Assembly (NCBI GenBank): GCA_963827685.1
Contig: CAWHBU010000003.1
Location: forward strand, 96,001 to 160,000
Reading direction: 5' to 3'
Source: an uncultured delta proteobacterium
Lineage (GTDB): Bacteria; Desulfobacterota; BSN033; UBA1163
Length of the DNA: 64,000 nucleotides
Both the position numbers and the translations under genes were made by a program. The notes under the pieces were generated by a model. It was not told where the DNA came from and did not search any database. It was given only the letters and a program-made list of their open reading frames with translations. This document shows, in pieces, positions 1-11,008 of this stretch (position 1 is the stretch's first letter; the number at the start of each line of letters is the position of its first letter).

Positions 1-844
1 GATCACGGCGATCGAGACGACAACAGGAGATGTCAATGAAGCGCATGAGATGATTCCTCTGATAGAGAGCCACCGTTTAAATACAGGGATCAATGCGGAT
101 ACGGTGGTGGCCGACAGCAAATACGGGACGATCGAGAACTTTTTGGCCTGTCATGATAGAGGAGTAGAGGCCCACATGCCGGACTTGAGGGAAATCTCAT
201 TGAAGCGTACAGAAAAGCAAAATATCTTTGGGGAAGAGCGGTTTGAGTATGATCGGGAGAGTGACACCTATCGTTGTCCAGCTGGGCATCGGTTGAAGCC
301 TAGATCATTACATATGAGTCGGCAAAGTAGAGATTACGCTGCACCCAAGAAGATTTGTGCAGCATGTGACTTAAGAGAGCAGTGTACTAGAAACAGATCA
401 GGTCGGACAATTAAGCGACATCTGAGGCAGGAAGATCTAGACAGGATGCGAGAAGCGAGTCGATCGGCCAAAGCGAAGCGGGATATCAAAGTGAGGCAGC
501 ATTTGATGGAGCGTTCCTATGCCAGAGGGACGCGGTATGGATATGACCGGGCACGATGGAGAGGGCTTTGGCGGGTGCAGATACAGGAATACCTGATCTC
601 TGCTGTCCAGAACATTGAGGTTTTGCTTAGGTACGGATCTTACCTAAAGAGAAGTCCATCGGTGATGATGGAGCAGATCAAAGGGGCTGTGACAAGGGAG
701 ATAAGGTCCTTTTCAGATTTTAAGGAGCTAATGAACTCAAAAATTGGCCGAATGGTGCTATTTGGTTTTACTTACCCTCGGCTATCATTCATGGAAACTC
801 AAACTGTCAGATATTTTTGAATTGGGCTTTTGAGCAACAGCCCG
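1..844 (+). mobile_element. IS1182-family element, copy 1 (5' part outside the window); transposase C-terminus ends at 820
   Basis: Nearly identical to 22605-23448 (three synonymous differences seen); right IR ttttgagcaacagcccg ends at 844; DDE_Tnp_1_6-like CPAG...C..C.LR..C motif. Confidence 0.9.
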
Positions 845-1029
845 TTCAGATGTCATTTTTCTTTAAAATGTGAACGCATTCCATTTTTCACGGATGGGAT
901 GTAATAGCAACACTGGTGATCTTTTTTCTTCCAGAGGCGTAATACCAGAATATTCGGTAAGCAGTCAGTCAAATGAGTTTTACATGACGGGGTTCGTGAC
1001 TCTCGAACGATGAAAAGCTACTAACTATT

Positions 1030-1120
1030 ATCCTCCCCCTTGACGGGGGAGGATTAAGGTGGGGGTGGACATGGCGTGTTTTTCCCTCACCCCTGCTCTC
1101 TCCCACCAGGGGAGAGGGGG
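1030..1120. repeat. GC-rich REP-like palindromes (ccctc..ccc/ggg..gaggg family); further copies near 3965, 7035, 34345, 57590, 59715, 63680
   Basis: Paired C-rich/G-rich hairpins recurring in intergenic regions. Confidence 0.7.
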
Positions 1121-1356
1121 ATAAGGGATTTACCTCCTAGGCAATTCAAGGATATTCAGAGAAGGATTTTCAGGCTGGTTTCCATAAATCCAAGGTCTTT
1201 TCTTACAGCTTTTAATTCTTACCGATGTTTCCATCTAAAAATTGTATTTTTGATAAAAGTTTTCATTCGTATCTATTCTGTTTATGTTAAAATGAGATGG
1301 TGTAAAAAGAACGAGTTTTCCCATAAGATAAATCTCTGAAAAAGGAGGGGCATCCT

Positions 1357-1938
1357 ATGAAGAAAGAACCAATGGACATGACAAAACGAGTTTTTAAGAT
1401 TTTGGCTCTTGCTACCAGTCTGGCGCTCATCATAGGAATGATCTCTGTCACAACTTCCTCTGCCAAAACGGCCCAGGAGATTAATTCAGAGGTCAATGCG
1501 GCTCTGGAGCTATTTGTTCAACAGGTAAAAGGTGCAAAGGAGTTCCTCAATACCGCCAAGGGTGTGCTCATCATCCCCAATATTGTAAAGGTAGGGGTGG
1601 GTGTAGGAGGCGAGTATGGAGAGGGAGCCTTGAGGATTGGAGGAAAGACGGTCGATTATTATGGCATCGCAGCCGGCTCGGTTGGACTTCAGCTCGGGGC
1701 CCAGAAGAAAAACTTAATCCTCGTATTTAAGCAAGACGATGCACTTAATAATTTCCGGAAAAGTTCTGGCTGGAAGGCGGGGGTGGACGGGTCAGCTACC
1801 TTTATCGACGTCGGGACAGGAAAATCCATCGACACGGTAAACATTAAGGACCCCATTGTCGCATTCATGTTTGGTCAGAGGGGTTTGATGGCAAACGCAA
1901 CCATTGAAGGTGCGAAGTTTACCAAATTGGTAAGGTAG
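1357..1938 (+). CDS. Secreted SYLF/Ysc84 lipid-binding domain protein
   Basis: Signal peptide; AKGVLIIP..K.G.G.GGEYGEG and S.GLQLGAQ motifs; RBS aggaggg. Confidence 0.85.
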   Translation: MKKEPMDMTKRVFKILALATSLALIIGMISVTTSSAKTAQEINSEVNAALELFVQQVKGAKEFLNTAKGVLIIPNIVKVGVGVGGEYGEGALRIGGKTVDYYGIAAGSVGLQLGAQKKNLILVFKQDDALNNFRKSSGWKAGVDGSATFIDVGTGKSIDTVNIKDPIVAFMFGQRGLMANATIEGAKFTKLVR

Positions 1939-1950
1939 GACGTTGGAAAA

Positions 1951-1977
1951 AAGCCCAGGATGGCCTGGGCTGTTTTT
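1951..1977 (+). terminator. Intrinsic terminator, probably bidirectional
   Basis: aagcccagg-atgg-cctgggct hairpin with A-tract before and T-tract after, between convergent genes. Confidence 0.75.
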
Positions 1978-2038
1978 ATGGGGCCAAAGAGTTAATAACC
2001 TTCACGCTCTATTCTTCAAGGAGTTCTTTCAAGACATC

Positions 2039-3652
2039 TTATGGGTTCGTCTCCTCCGAGGATTTCCCTGACTCCTTGTGTGTTCGTTCGAGGAGACGTC
2101 TCTCGATCTCTTTTTTCAAGCCACGGCCCAACTGCTTACCTAAGGCTTCCTCATCAAAATTGACGCTGGGCTTCTCCGTTGTGCCTTTAATCTTGAGAGA
2201 AATAACTTTCCAACCTTGCTCATCCTCGAGGAATTTCAATGCAGCGAGTCTTCCTTTTAGGCTCCCCGTAAGGCTCGGCGAAAGCTTAAGCTCTGTCGGT
2301 ATATCCAGCCTCTTCTCAAAGTCAACCACACCCTTCGGACTGACCTTAAAAAGAGAAGAACGGATCCAGCCATCGAGAAATACCCTTCCATCCTTCACGT
2401 CAAAATTGAATAGGCCCTCGTCAAAGCCAGGGTTCTTCAGCGAGGGAATACCAGTAAGGAACGCAATCGCATCAAAAATCTGAGACTCTTTGATGGCTCC
2501 CTTGCCAAGTTTAGCCACTGCCGTCCCCCTCAACGTCTTTTGAATCTGTGATGCGTCCTCGGTGGCGCACTGAAGGTTTCCATTGAGAGACCCCTCAGCG
2601 GTGAAGGAGCCTTCTCCGGAAAATTGCAGTCCAAGGGGATCGATCCTCATCACACCCTTGGCATACTTGTAATGCATACGAAGACCTTTGACCGTGTAAT
2701 CCTGATAGGTTGCCTTATCCACCGTGATCTCCCCTGAAGCCTTAAGCTTTTGCGTCATGCCTCCTTCGGAGGACTCCGCTTTCTTCCCCTTCGGCTGAGG
2801 GCGATCTTCTTGCACTTTCTTCTCGCCGCTCAAGCCCATCAGATGCTGAAGGTCAAGCGTTTTAGCATGGAGATTGGCGACCACATCCGGCGCCGAACGA
2901 TAATCTTTGGCTGTTGCCGAAAGCTCAATGGTATCCTTTCCGATCATCGTTTGGAGATTGGCCCGGATAGTCTCCGCATCCATGTCAATCTTGCCTGAAA
3001 CCTTAACCTCAACATCCTTCAATTTGGCTTTGACCTCCTTAAAGGAGATGAGCCCAAAATCCATGCGGGGCGTGCCATCCTTTTCTAAAGCTCCCCTAAA
3101 CTCTGCATCCAAAGCAATGGAGATATCAGGTAATTCTTTCCCTTCGTCGACAAACGTCAAACTGGCGTTTCGAATATAAAACCGATCTGCGACGATGGCG
3201 ACAGGAAGCCCCTGATGTTCAGGGCCGGATGGCTTCTGGGGTTCCTTGGGTCCCTTGGAGCGATTTTCTGTGATGTCGCTGAAGTTATACCTCCCTCCCC
3301 TCTCCTTCTTGATAGAGATGGAGGGAGAGACAATTTCGATCTTACTGATGACGAGCTGCTTTTTCAGAAGGGGCAAAAGGCGGTAGGAAAGGACAAACCT
3401 CCCCACCTTCACAAAATCTCTCTGTCCGTCCTTCTCCTTGACACTCAATCCTTTTGCCACAATTCCTTTAAAGAGAGAAACATTGATCTCATCTAAGAGG
3501 ACCTTTCTCCCTGTCATGGCTTCCGCCTTTGGGAGAATGAGTGGTTTAAGCCGATCACTGGAGAGATAACTCTTAACAAAAATACTGAGTCCAATGATCA
3601 GAAGAATCAGGATTCCCGCCACGATTCCCGCTACCTTCAAAAGCTTTTTCAT
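2039..3652 (-). CDS. AsmA-family protein
   Basis: N-terminal TM helix, TGRKV..and L.LLPLL.K.LVI motifs, C-terminal L.IKGT.EKP. Confidence 0.8.
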   Translation of the reverse strand: MKKLLKVAGIVAGILILLIIGLSIFVKSYLSSDRLKPLILPKAEAMTGRKVLLDEINVSLFKGIVAKGLSVKEKDGQRDFVKVGRFVLSYRLLPLLKKQLVISKIEIVSPSISIKKERGGRYNFSDITENRSKGPKEPQKPSGPEHQGLPVAIVADRFYIRNASLTFVDEGKELPDISIALDAEFRGALEKDGTPRMDFGLISFKEVKAKLKDVEVKVSGKIDMDAETIRANLQTMIGKDTIELSATAKDYRSAPDVVANLHAKTLDLQHLMGLSGEKKVQEDRPQPKGKKAESSEGGMTQKLKASGEITVDKATYQDYTVKGLRMHYKYAKGVMRIDPLGLQFSGEGSFTAEGSLNGNLQCATEDASQIQKTLRGTAVAKLGKGAIKESQIFDAIAFLTGIPSLKNPGFDEGLFNFDVKDGRVFLDGWIRSSLFKVSPKGVVDFEKRLDIPTELKLSPSLTGSLKGRLAALKFLEDEQGWKVISLKIKGTTEKPSVNFDEEALGKQLGRGLKKEIERRLLERTHKESGKSSEETNP

Positions 3653-3760
3653 GATCTATCCTCCCTCACTGACAGATTCTTCTGCATGCTCTTTCAATGC
3701 AGATGGAATTAACGTTTATCTAATAAAATTTATACCAAGTCCCTCAATCGTTTGCAAGCC

Positions 3761-3916
3761 ATCCCTAACTCCTACAATCCGTAATCGTCATCCTGAACCC
3801 TGGCCTGATGAAGATCAGGCTCGTTTCAGGATCTATGGTTTATCGAAAATGAGAGATGCTGAAAAAATTTCAGCATGACAGGGATATCCCTAAGGTTTTT
3901 AATTTTGGTTAGGGAT
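3761..3916. repeat. MITE-like element: outer IR atccctaac/gttagggat around a gtcatcctgaa...ttcagcatgac REP
   Basis: Nested inverted repeats read directly. Confidence 0.6.
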
Positions 3917-4123
3917 TATGGAACTCCCTGTAAGAATCTTTTTTTTCGTGACAACCACAAGATGTCCCCCTCACCCTCCCCTCTCCCCCTGGGGAAAAGG
4001 GCAAAATGTTGCGCTGCGAGAGGAAATTGTGGTATAGAGTCATTAATTTCTATTTGCTCCTTCATCCCGCCTTTGATGGACATTCCGTTTGGAGCTGATT
4101 GAGCATAATTGAGGAGGTATGGC

Positions 4124-4921
4124 ATGGCCGAACAAGATCTGCTTTATCGTCGGGAGGATGGCATGGGGATTGTCACCCTCAACCGCCCCAAAAAATTGAA
4201 CGCCATCACCCATCCTATGCATCAACGACTTCATTCGATCATTGAAGAGATTCGCAGAGATGACAGTGTCAGGGTGGGAATTTTGACAGGGAATGGGCGA
4301 GCCTTCTGTGCGGGTACGGATATAACAGGGGAGGTGCCTATTTCAGCGGAAGTCGAAATTCTCAATATGAAAGAAAGAAGCTCAACAGAATATCGGGATT
4401 CCCAGTGGTATTTTAACAGCCTCCCAAAGCCGATGATCTGTGCGATCAATGGTGTAGCCGTGGGCATCGGGGCAGAATTTTCGCTCCATTGCGATATTCG
4501 TATTGCGGCGGAAAGTGCCCGCTGGGGTCAGGTGTTCGTTCTCAGAGGCCTGGTTCCCGATACAGGGGCAGGGACTTACCTTCTTCCGCGGATTGTCGGG
4601 CTGTCCAAGGCCTGTGAACTCGTCTTTTCCGGAGAGATCATTAACGCCCAAGAAATGTTACGAATTGGCTTGGTGAGCAGTGTTGTACCGGACGATCGAC
4701 TGATGATTGCGGCTAAAGAGATGGCTAAAAAGCTGATGAGAGGAGCTCCTTTGGCGGTGCAGATGTCAAAGCAACTCATGTACCTGGGGCTGGAGCGATC
4801 CATTGAGGCTCACCAGGAAGCTGCGCGCTACTGTTTTCGATTGAGTACGCAAACAGAGGATTTTAGAGAAGGGATAAAATCATTCTTTGAAAAACGAGAG
4901 CCCCACTGGGTAGGGAAGTAA
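4124..4921 (+). CDS. Enoyl-CoA hydratase/isomerase (crotonase), PaaG-like
   Basis: LNRP..LNA, FCAG.D, AING.AVG.G motifs; RBS gaggagg; ATG at 4124. Confidence 0.9.
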   Translation: MAEQDLLYRREDGMGIVTLNRPKKLNAITHPMHQRLHSIIEEIRRDDSVRVGILTGNGRAFCAGTDITGEVPISAEVEILNMKERSSTEYRDSQWYFNSLPKPMICAINGVAVGIGAEFSLHCDIRIAAESARWGQVFVLRGLVPDTGAGTYLLPRIVGLSKACELVFSGEIINAQEMLRIGLVSSVVPDDRLMIAAKEMAKKLMRGAPLAVQMSKQLMYLGLERSIEAHQEAARYCFRLSTQTEDFREGIKSFFEKREPHWVGK

Positions 4922-4999
4922 TCCATTAAGAATTTCTTTGGGGAACGGGGTAAGGAGTTTCTAAGCAAGATCTCCGCCTCATGGCTCAAGGGAGGGAAA

Positions 5000-5806
5000 A
5001 TGGCGTTTAAGGAGATTCTTTACAACATCGAAGGTCCGGTGGCGATCATCACGCTGAATCGGCCCGAAAGGATGAATGCCTTGACGATGGTTACCCATCA
5101 AGAGTTAGAGCAGGCCATCACCGATGCAGACCAAGATGAAAAAGTTAGGGTTGTTGTGATCACCGGCGCCGGGAAGGGATTTTGCTCCGGGGACGATGTG
5201 CAGAATATATTTTTGGACCCCGAAGATAACCTCAAGAGAGAAAAGCAAGCCCGGCTTCAAATCCTGCAAAGGAAGAGGCATTCGATGGGCGGAGCGCACC
5301 GCCTGGTGGAAATCAACAAACCTTCCATAGCAGCGGTCAACGGCGCAGCCGTTGGTTACGGGTGCGATATGAGCCTCATGTGTCATTTGCGGATCGCCTC
5401 GGAAAAGGCTCGTTTCGGGGAGGTGTTTCTCCGGGTGGGCTTGATTCCGGACGCCGCCATGATTCTTCTTCCCCGGTTGGTGGGGACCGCGAAGGCGTAT
5501 GAGATGATCCTGACAACGGATATCATCGACGCGAAAGAGGCGGAGCGAATCGGTTTGGTCAACAAAGTGGTGCCGCATGAGCAGTTAATGGACGCAACGA
5601 TGGAATTGGCCAATAAAATAGCCGCGAAACCGCCCATCTCCGTCCGGTTGGCGATCGAGGGGGTTCGAAGAGGGGTGAATTTGCCTTTGCCTGAATATAT
5701 GGAGTGGCATGCCCAGGCGTTCATGGTTTGTGCGGAAACAGAAGATCATATTGAAGGTTCCAAAGCCTTCATTGAGAAGCGGCAACCCGTATTCAAAGGA
5801 AAGTAG
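5000..5806 (+). CDS. Enoyl-CoA hydratase/isomerase (crotonase), PaaG-like
   Basis: LNRPERMNA, FCSGDD, AAVNGAAVG, GLIPD motifs. Confidence 0.9.
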   Translation: MAFKEILYNIEGPVAIITLNRPERMNALTMVTHQELEQAITDADQDEKVRVVVITGAGKGFCSGDDVQNIFLDPEDNLKREKQARLQILQRKRHSMGGAHRLVEINKPSIAAVNGAAVGYGCDMSLMCHLRIASEKARFGEVFLRVGLIPDAAMILLPRLVGTAKAYEMILTTDIIDAKEAERIGLVNKVVPHEQLMDATMELANKIAAKPPISVRLAIEGVRRGVNLPLPEYMEWHAQAFMVCAETEDHIEGSKAFIEKRQPVFKGK

Positions 5807-5856
5807 AAAAGCAAAACGTTACAAAAAATCTATTAGGATCCACCGAAGGAGGGATT

Positions 5857-6909
5857 ATGATCAAAACGAGATTTACGGAGTTGTTGGGAATAAAACACCC
5901 GATCATGCTGGCAGGAATGAACTGGATTACGACCCCCAAACTGGTAGCGGCTGTCTGTAACGCAGGGGGATTAGGTATTTTCGCCACCGCTGCCTGCACT
6001 CCCGAAGAAACGCGAAAGAATATCCGGGAGATCCGAGAACTCACCGATCAACCTTTCGGAATCAACCAAATCCTGATCGGCCCTGGAGCCAAAGAAAATA
6101 TCGCGATCGCCATCGAGGAAAAAGTCCCCATCATCAATTATTCCTTGGGAAAACCCTGGTTCGTTGATCAGGTTCATGCCTACGGGGGGAAGGTTATGGG
6201 GACCATCGCGATCGCCAGGCATGCGGCTCGAGCAGCGCAGTTGGGTTGCGATATGCTTGTGGTCACCGGCCACGAAGCCGCCGCCCATGGAGACGTGGCA
6301 ACTTCGATGGTCTTGATCCCTTTAGTGGCCAGTCAGGTAAAAATTCCTCTGATTGCTGCGGGGGGCTTCTATGATGGAAGGGGGCTGGCCGCCGCATTGG
6401 TTCTGGGAGCGGATGCCATTTCTATGGGCACTCGGTTTATCGTGACCCAGGAGAGCAATGTCCACGAGAATTTCAAAAAACTGGTCATTGAAGCCACGGA
6501 GCAGGATACGTTGTACGGTGATGTCTTCGACGGATTACCGGGCAGAGCGTTAAAAAGCCCAGGAGCGGAAGCCATGATGAAGGGAGGTTTCCCGCTCTTT
6601 CAATCCGTGAGGAGTGCTTTGGAGGTCAAGCGGATTCTGAACCTTTCGCTCTCGAAATTCATCGGCCTCAGCTGGAGCATGATGAAATCCGAAGAAGGAA
6701 AGAACCTTTTGATTCAAGCTCGCTCGGCCAATGGGGCCATCCATCATCTGAAAGCGATCAATGAGGGTGATCAAAAGGAAGGGTTTTTATTTGCCGGACA
6801 GTCCGTCGGCGGCATTCAGGATATACCCACGTGCAAAGAACTCATTGAGCGGATCGTCGTGGAGGCCGAGAAGAAATTGGAGGCAGTGGGAATTAATATT
6901 CATGCCTGA
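5857..6909 (+). CDS. Nitronate monooxygenase/FabK-like FMN oxidoreductase
   Basis: T..LGI.HPI..AGM, G.EAA.H, IAAGG..DGRG, MGTRF, AGQSVG. Confidence 0.85.
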   Translation: MIKTRFTELLGIKHPIMLAGMNWITTPKLVAAVCNAGGLGIFATAACTPEETRKNIREIRELTDQPFGINQILIGPGAKENIAIAIEEKVPIINYSLGKPWFVDQVHAYGGKVMGTIAIARHAARAAQLGCDMLVVTGHEAAAHGDVATSMVLIPLVASQVKIPLIAAGGFYDGRGLAAALVLGADAISMGTRFIVTQESNVHENFKKLVIEATEQDTLYGDVFDGLPGRALKSPGAEAMMKGGFPLFQSVRSALEVKRILNLSLSKFIGLSWSMMKSEEGKNLLIQARSANGAIHHLKAINEGDQKEGFLFAGQSVGGIQDIPTCKELIERIVVEAEKKLEAVGINIHA

Positions 6910-7289
6910 ACCTATGGTGGTTCGAGCCTACCCATGGAAGGAATTGAGCACAAGTGGGCAAGCATAAACCATTAGATACTTATCATTGAAATCTGAGAAT
7001 CTATCTCTAACATTTAAAACAATCTCCCTATGAGCCTCCCCTCCCCACGGTGGGAGGGGATGAAGGGGAGGGGGAACCAATCGATTTTGTCCACCCCCAC
7101 CCTGACCCTCCCCCATTGAAGGAGGAGGGAATATACAGGGTAAATTTCAAATATCTTTAGTTAGATTTTAATCCATGCACAAATCTGCCGGTCTGTTCAG
7201 CGAATCCTCCTGATCTCAATCCATGCGGAACCTATTTGTCCGTTTTATGCCCAACCCCTTTGGTCTTTTCTCAATGCAGAAAAATCCTT

Positions 7290-8102
7290 TCAATACTTCA
7301 TGCCTGGTAGGTTCAGGGAGGCCGTGTTCCCGCCGTCGACAGGAAGAGCCTGGCCCGTAATATAACTGGCTTCATCGCTGGCCAGGAAAAGAATCGCATA
7401 AGCTACCTCCTCCGGCAGTCCATAGCGCCGCAGCTCGCAGCGGCTACCCAGTTTATCAAACTTCCCCCTCGCCCGGGCCAGGTCAAAAACTGGCTTGGTC
7501 ATGCCTGTCTCGATCAGACCCGGACAGACGGCGTTCACCCGAACATTGCAGCCCCCGAGGTCGCAAGCGGCGGTCTGGGTGAAGTTGATTAGGGCTGCTT
7601 TACTGGCACTGTAAGCATTGCCCCCGGCCCCCGACCGGATTCCAGCCACTGAAGCCGTATTCACAATCGCCCCTGATTTGCGTTCCTGCATATGTTTGGC
7701 CACATGTTTTGTCGCGAAGACCGCGCCCAAAACATTGACCTCATAAACTTTGCGCCAGTCATCTTCAGCTTGTTCTTCCAAATTGGCGATCTGTCCCGTT
7801 ATTCCTGCATTGTTGCAAAGAATGTCGATCCGGGAGTAGGTCCGGAGAGCTAAGTCGATCAGCCCTTTGACTTCCTCTTCAATGGCCACACTCGTTTTTC
7901 TTATGATCGCCTCCCCACCCTCTTTCTCAACGAGCTTCAAAGTTTCCTTCAGTCCTTCTTCATATACATCTGCCAGGGCGAGTTTGGCTCCTTCTCTGGC
8001 AAAAAGGATTGCCGCAGCACGGCCAATACCGCTGGCAGCCCCTGTGATAATGGCGACCTTTCCATCCAAACGACCCCTTTTATCGATCTTCATGATCTTC
8101 AC
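7290..8102 (-). CDS. Short-chain dehydrogenase/reductase
   Basis: TGAASGIG, NNAG, YSASK; directly downstream of the AOR-ADH gene. Confidence 0.9.
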   Translation of the reverse strand: MKIMKIDKRGRLDGKVAIITGAASGIGRAAAILFAREGAKLALADVYEEGLKETLKLVEKEGGEAIIRKTSVAIEEEVKGLIDLALRTYSRIDILCNNAGITGQIANLEEQAEDDWRKVYEVNVLGAVFATKHVAKHMQERKSGAIVNTASVAGIRSGAGGNAYSASKAALINFTQTAACDLGGCNVRVNAVCPGLIETGMTKPVFDLARARGKFDKLGSRCELRRYGLPEEVAYAILFLASDEASYITGQALPVDGGNTASLNLPGMKY

Positions 8103-8155
8103 CCCCAGAGTGATTTTGTTTTAGCAGATATTTGGGATTTGGAATTCGTCACAGG

Positions 8156-11008
8156 CTACTCATAAATCTCCTGAAGCAGCTCCAGGATCTTCTGCTGGCT
8201 CGGACTGGTGGGATCCGTGGCCATATTCACTGCATCCCTGGAGGCATAAAATGCAATTTTCTTCAAGTCGTCTTTTGGGATGCCGTGAGCCTTTAGGCTG
8301 ATAGGAATATCAAGCTTTCTATAGAGATCAAGCAAGCTTGCCTCCAAATCATTTGAGCGGCTGAGAAGTTGCGCCATGTCCATAAACTGCTCTTTGCAAG
8401 TCTCTTTATTGGCCTTCACAAAACAGAGAAGCCCATAGATGGCTGCCCGGCCATGAGGCATATGGTAATGAGCGCCAAGAACGTGTGTGATGGCATGTCC
8501 CATGCCTAACCCCTTCAGGAAGGCGAGGCCGCCGCACATCGCCGACATGCACATATCGGTACGTGCGGCGATATCATTCCGGTCCTGATATACCCGAGGG
8601 AGACTTCGTCCGATCAACTTTATCCCGTAAACCGCATAGGACTCAAAATAAGGGTGATAGGGGGTCGCCAATGAAACGTACCCCTCAATGCAATGAGCCA
8701 GTGCATCGATTCCCGACTCGACTGTAAGGCCGGCTGGCATCGTCTTACAGTAGACGGGATCAATCACCGCCAGTTTGGGAATTAAGTGATTATTCATTAA
8801 TACAATTTTTAGGTCTCTCTCCTTATCCGTTACCACTGCGCAAGGATTCACCTCGCTTCCTGTCCCTGAAGTAGTAGGGATGCAGATGATTGGCGGGAGA
8901 ATAGGCTTAATCTTGCCACCTCCGCCCACAATACCTTCAAACTCTCTCATCTCACCGGGGTGCGATACCCTAAGCCCAACTGTTTTTGCGGTATCCATCG
9001 AACTCCCGCCCCCGAGGCCCAATATTCCATCACACCCATTATCTAAGTATATCTTCCCGGCCCGCTCGATGAGTTCAATGGAAGGATCAGGCTCCACCTC
9101 CGAAAAAATAACCGTCGATATGCCACTTGACTCCAAAATCTTACGAACTTCGTCAGCCCTTCCCAATGAGAACATAACAGGATCGGTTGTCAGCAATACC
9201 TTCTTTACTCTTAGCTGACGGATCCGCTGCCCTATATTCTCAGCAACACCCGCGCCAAACATAATATCGGGCAGCGGCGGTATGCGGACTTCCCAAGCCT
9301 TTTCCTTTTCCTGATACGAATCCAATCCCTTCCAGATGTTTCTCATCTCTGCATCATCAACATCAAAAACCTGATCCGTCGGAGTAATGGTTTCCTCTCG
9401 GATAAAGACAGCGGCTTTCGAATCCATTTTGCCGAACTCGGCCTTTTCATTGAAAGCGAGCTGGTCTCGCAGAGTCTGCTTACCAACCTCCATGATATCC
9501 TTGGGAGTCAACTGGAGCCCATATCTCGCATTCATGAGATCTGCGAAAAATTGATAAACGGATGCACGGCCGCCAGGAACAGAATTTAAACAGTAGCCAA
9601 ATGCATCGCAGGTGGCTGCCTGAATCTGAGATCTGAGCGAATTTTCAGCCTGCTTGTCTTTGTTCTTGGGAATCCGGTAAGTCAGTCCTGCCGTGTGATC
9701 CGCTCCCATGGGGCTCGTGAAATAGGTAACACCGGTTCCCTTGACCGATCTGGGATCATGGCCGGGTATGGCTTGCCCCTTATAAGCCGGTACACGACTT
9801 ACGTTCAAATACTTTGCTGTGGCCACCACACCGTTGCCCAAGGCCACGCCAAGCGGCGTTTCCTCTTCGATCTCACCCAGAAGTCGGGCAGCGGATTCCC
9901 AATCTCCAAATGACATTTTCCCAGCATCCGCAGCGACACCAAGACTGCTTCCTGTTTCTATGGCATCGACCCCAAGATCGTCACACATGAACTTGAGCCT
10001 CGCAATGGCATCATTATCGATAATGCCCAGATTGCTTCCAAGCAATGCTATCGTTTCATATTCGTAGGCAGAGCAGAGTCGTTTCCCATCTTTGTCGGGA
10101 TAGATGATGGAACACTTTACAACGCAGCCGGGCATGCAGCCGTGCATCTTGCCGCCGCGTTCAAAGAGAATCTCCTGTATTCTATTGCCGCTCACGGCGA
10201 TGAAGTTGTTAGGTGTGCCCGAACGGTAATTATTCGATACCAGGGTTCCTTGGTTAGCGGAATTGTTGATAGCAAATGGGGTGCCGAAACGGGAATACAA
10301 GCTGCAGCTAACATCATGTTTGAGGGTATGAATCCATGATTTTACGACCTTTCGAAATTCCTCCGGATGGGCCATATCAACCTGTCCAGCCTGAGAAGGA
10401 TCAATAATAATCGCCTTGAGTCCTTTCGATCCCATCACTGCACCGAGTCCACCCCTCGCGGCGTTCCGAGACGGATCGCCAAAGATATCCGTAAAGGAGA
10501 CCGACGCTCCTTTGTATTTCCGCTCCCCGGCAATTCCAGTAGATATTACAGCCACTTTTTCACCGTATTTTTTCCGCAGCTTGCCCACCAATTCATAATT
10601 CTTCATGTGGCGGTATTCATCCGCGGGAATGAATGCTGTCTTGTCTTTGGAGACAAATAGGCAGTATAATCGATGATTCCGGGGTCTGCCCTGAACAATA
10701 ATAGCGCGAATTCCAAGTCGGTCGAGGATTTGTGCGGCCGGGCCTCCCGAGTTTGCCTCTTTTATGCCCAGCGTGAGGGGGCTCTTTGCGCCAACGGATA
10801 TGCGCCCAAGTTGTGGCGCTCCAGTGCCCGCCAGAGGGCCTACGGCAACGATAAAGAGATTGTCAGGACCGAGCGGATCAGTAGTCGGAGGAACCTCTTT
10901 GTTCATGATCTTGGCAATTAAGGCACTGCCTCCAATGGTCTTCCACTCCTCCTTTATATTTTCGAATGAAATCTTTTCATTTTTCATGTCCACCCTTAGA
11001 ATCTTCAC
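8156..11008 (-). CDS. Aldehyde:ferredoxin oxidoreductase (W/Mo-pterin) fused to iron-containing alcohol dehydrogenase
   Basis: N-terminal ~565 aa with AOR motifs (KSPLT, GGLGAVMGSKGLKAI, CMPGCVVKC, EYET, DDLGVD, GADH); C-terminal ~380 aa with Fe-ADH motifs (GGGSSMD, PTTSGTGSE, DALAH, GHAITH..HG); single ORF. Confidence 0.85.
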   Translation of the reverse strand: MKILRVDMKNEKISFENIKEEWKTIGGSALIAKIMNKEVPPTTDPLGPDNLFIVAVGPLAGTGAPQLGRISVGAKSPLTLGIKEANSGGPAAQILDRLGIRAIIVQGRPRNHRLYCLFVSKDKTAFIPADEYRHMKNYELVGKLRKKYGEKVAVISTGIAGERKYKGASVSFTDIFGDPSRNAARGGLGAVMGSKGLKAIIIDPSQAGQVDMAHPEEFRKVVKSWIHTLKHDVSCSLYSRFGTPFAINNSANQGTLVSNNYRSGTPNNFIAVSGNRIQEILFERGGKMHGCMPGCVVKCSIIYPDKDGKRLCSAYEYETIALLGSNLGIIDNDAIARLKFMCDDLGVDAIETGSSLGVAADAGKMSFGDWESAARLLGEIEEETPLGVALGNGVVATAKYLNVSRVPAYKGQAIPGHDPRSVKGTGVTYFTSPMGADHTAGLTYRIPKNKDKQAENSLRSQIQAATCDAFGYCLNSVPGGRASVYQFFADLMNARYGLQLTPKDIMEVGKQTLRDQLAFNEKAEFGKMDSKAAVFIREETITPTDQVFDVDDAEMRNIWKGLDSYQEKEKAWEVRIPPLPDIMFGAGVAENIGQRIRQLRVKKVLLTTDPVMFSLGRADEVRKILESSGISTVIFSEVEPDPSIELIERAGKIYLDNGCDGILGLGGGSSMDTAKTVGLRVSHPGEMREFEGIVGGGGKIKPILPPIICIPTTSGTGSEVNPCAVVTDKERDLKIVLMNNHLIPKLAVIDPVYCKTMPAGLTVESGIDALAHCIEGYVSLATPYHPYFESYAVYGIKLIGRSLPRVYQDRNDIAARTDMCMSAMCGGLAFLKGLGMGHAITHVLGAHYHMPHGRAAIYGLLCFVKANKETCKEQFMDMAQLLSRSNDLEASLLDLYRKLDIPISLKAHGIPKDDLKKIAFYASRDAVNMATDPTSPSQQKILELLQEIYE

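Noticed and set aside
6905-6940. tRNA suggested by ggttcgag
   Set aside because: No cloverleaf could be built; no tRNA or rRNA was recognised anywhere in the window.
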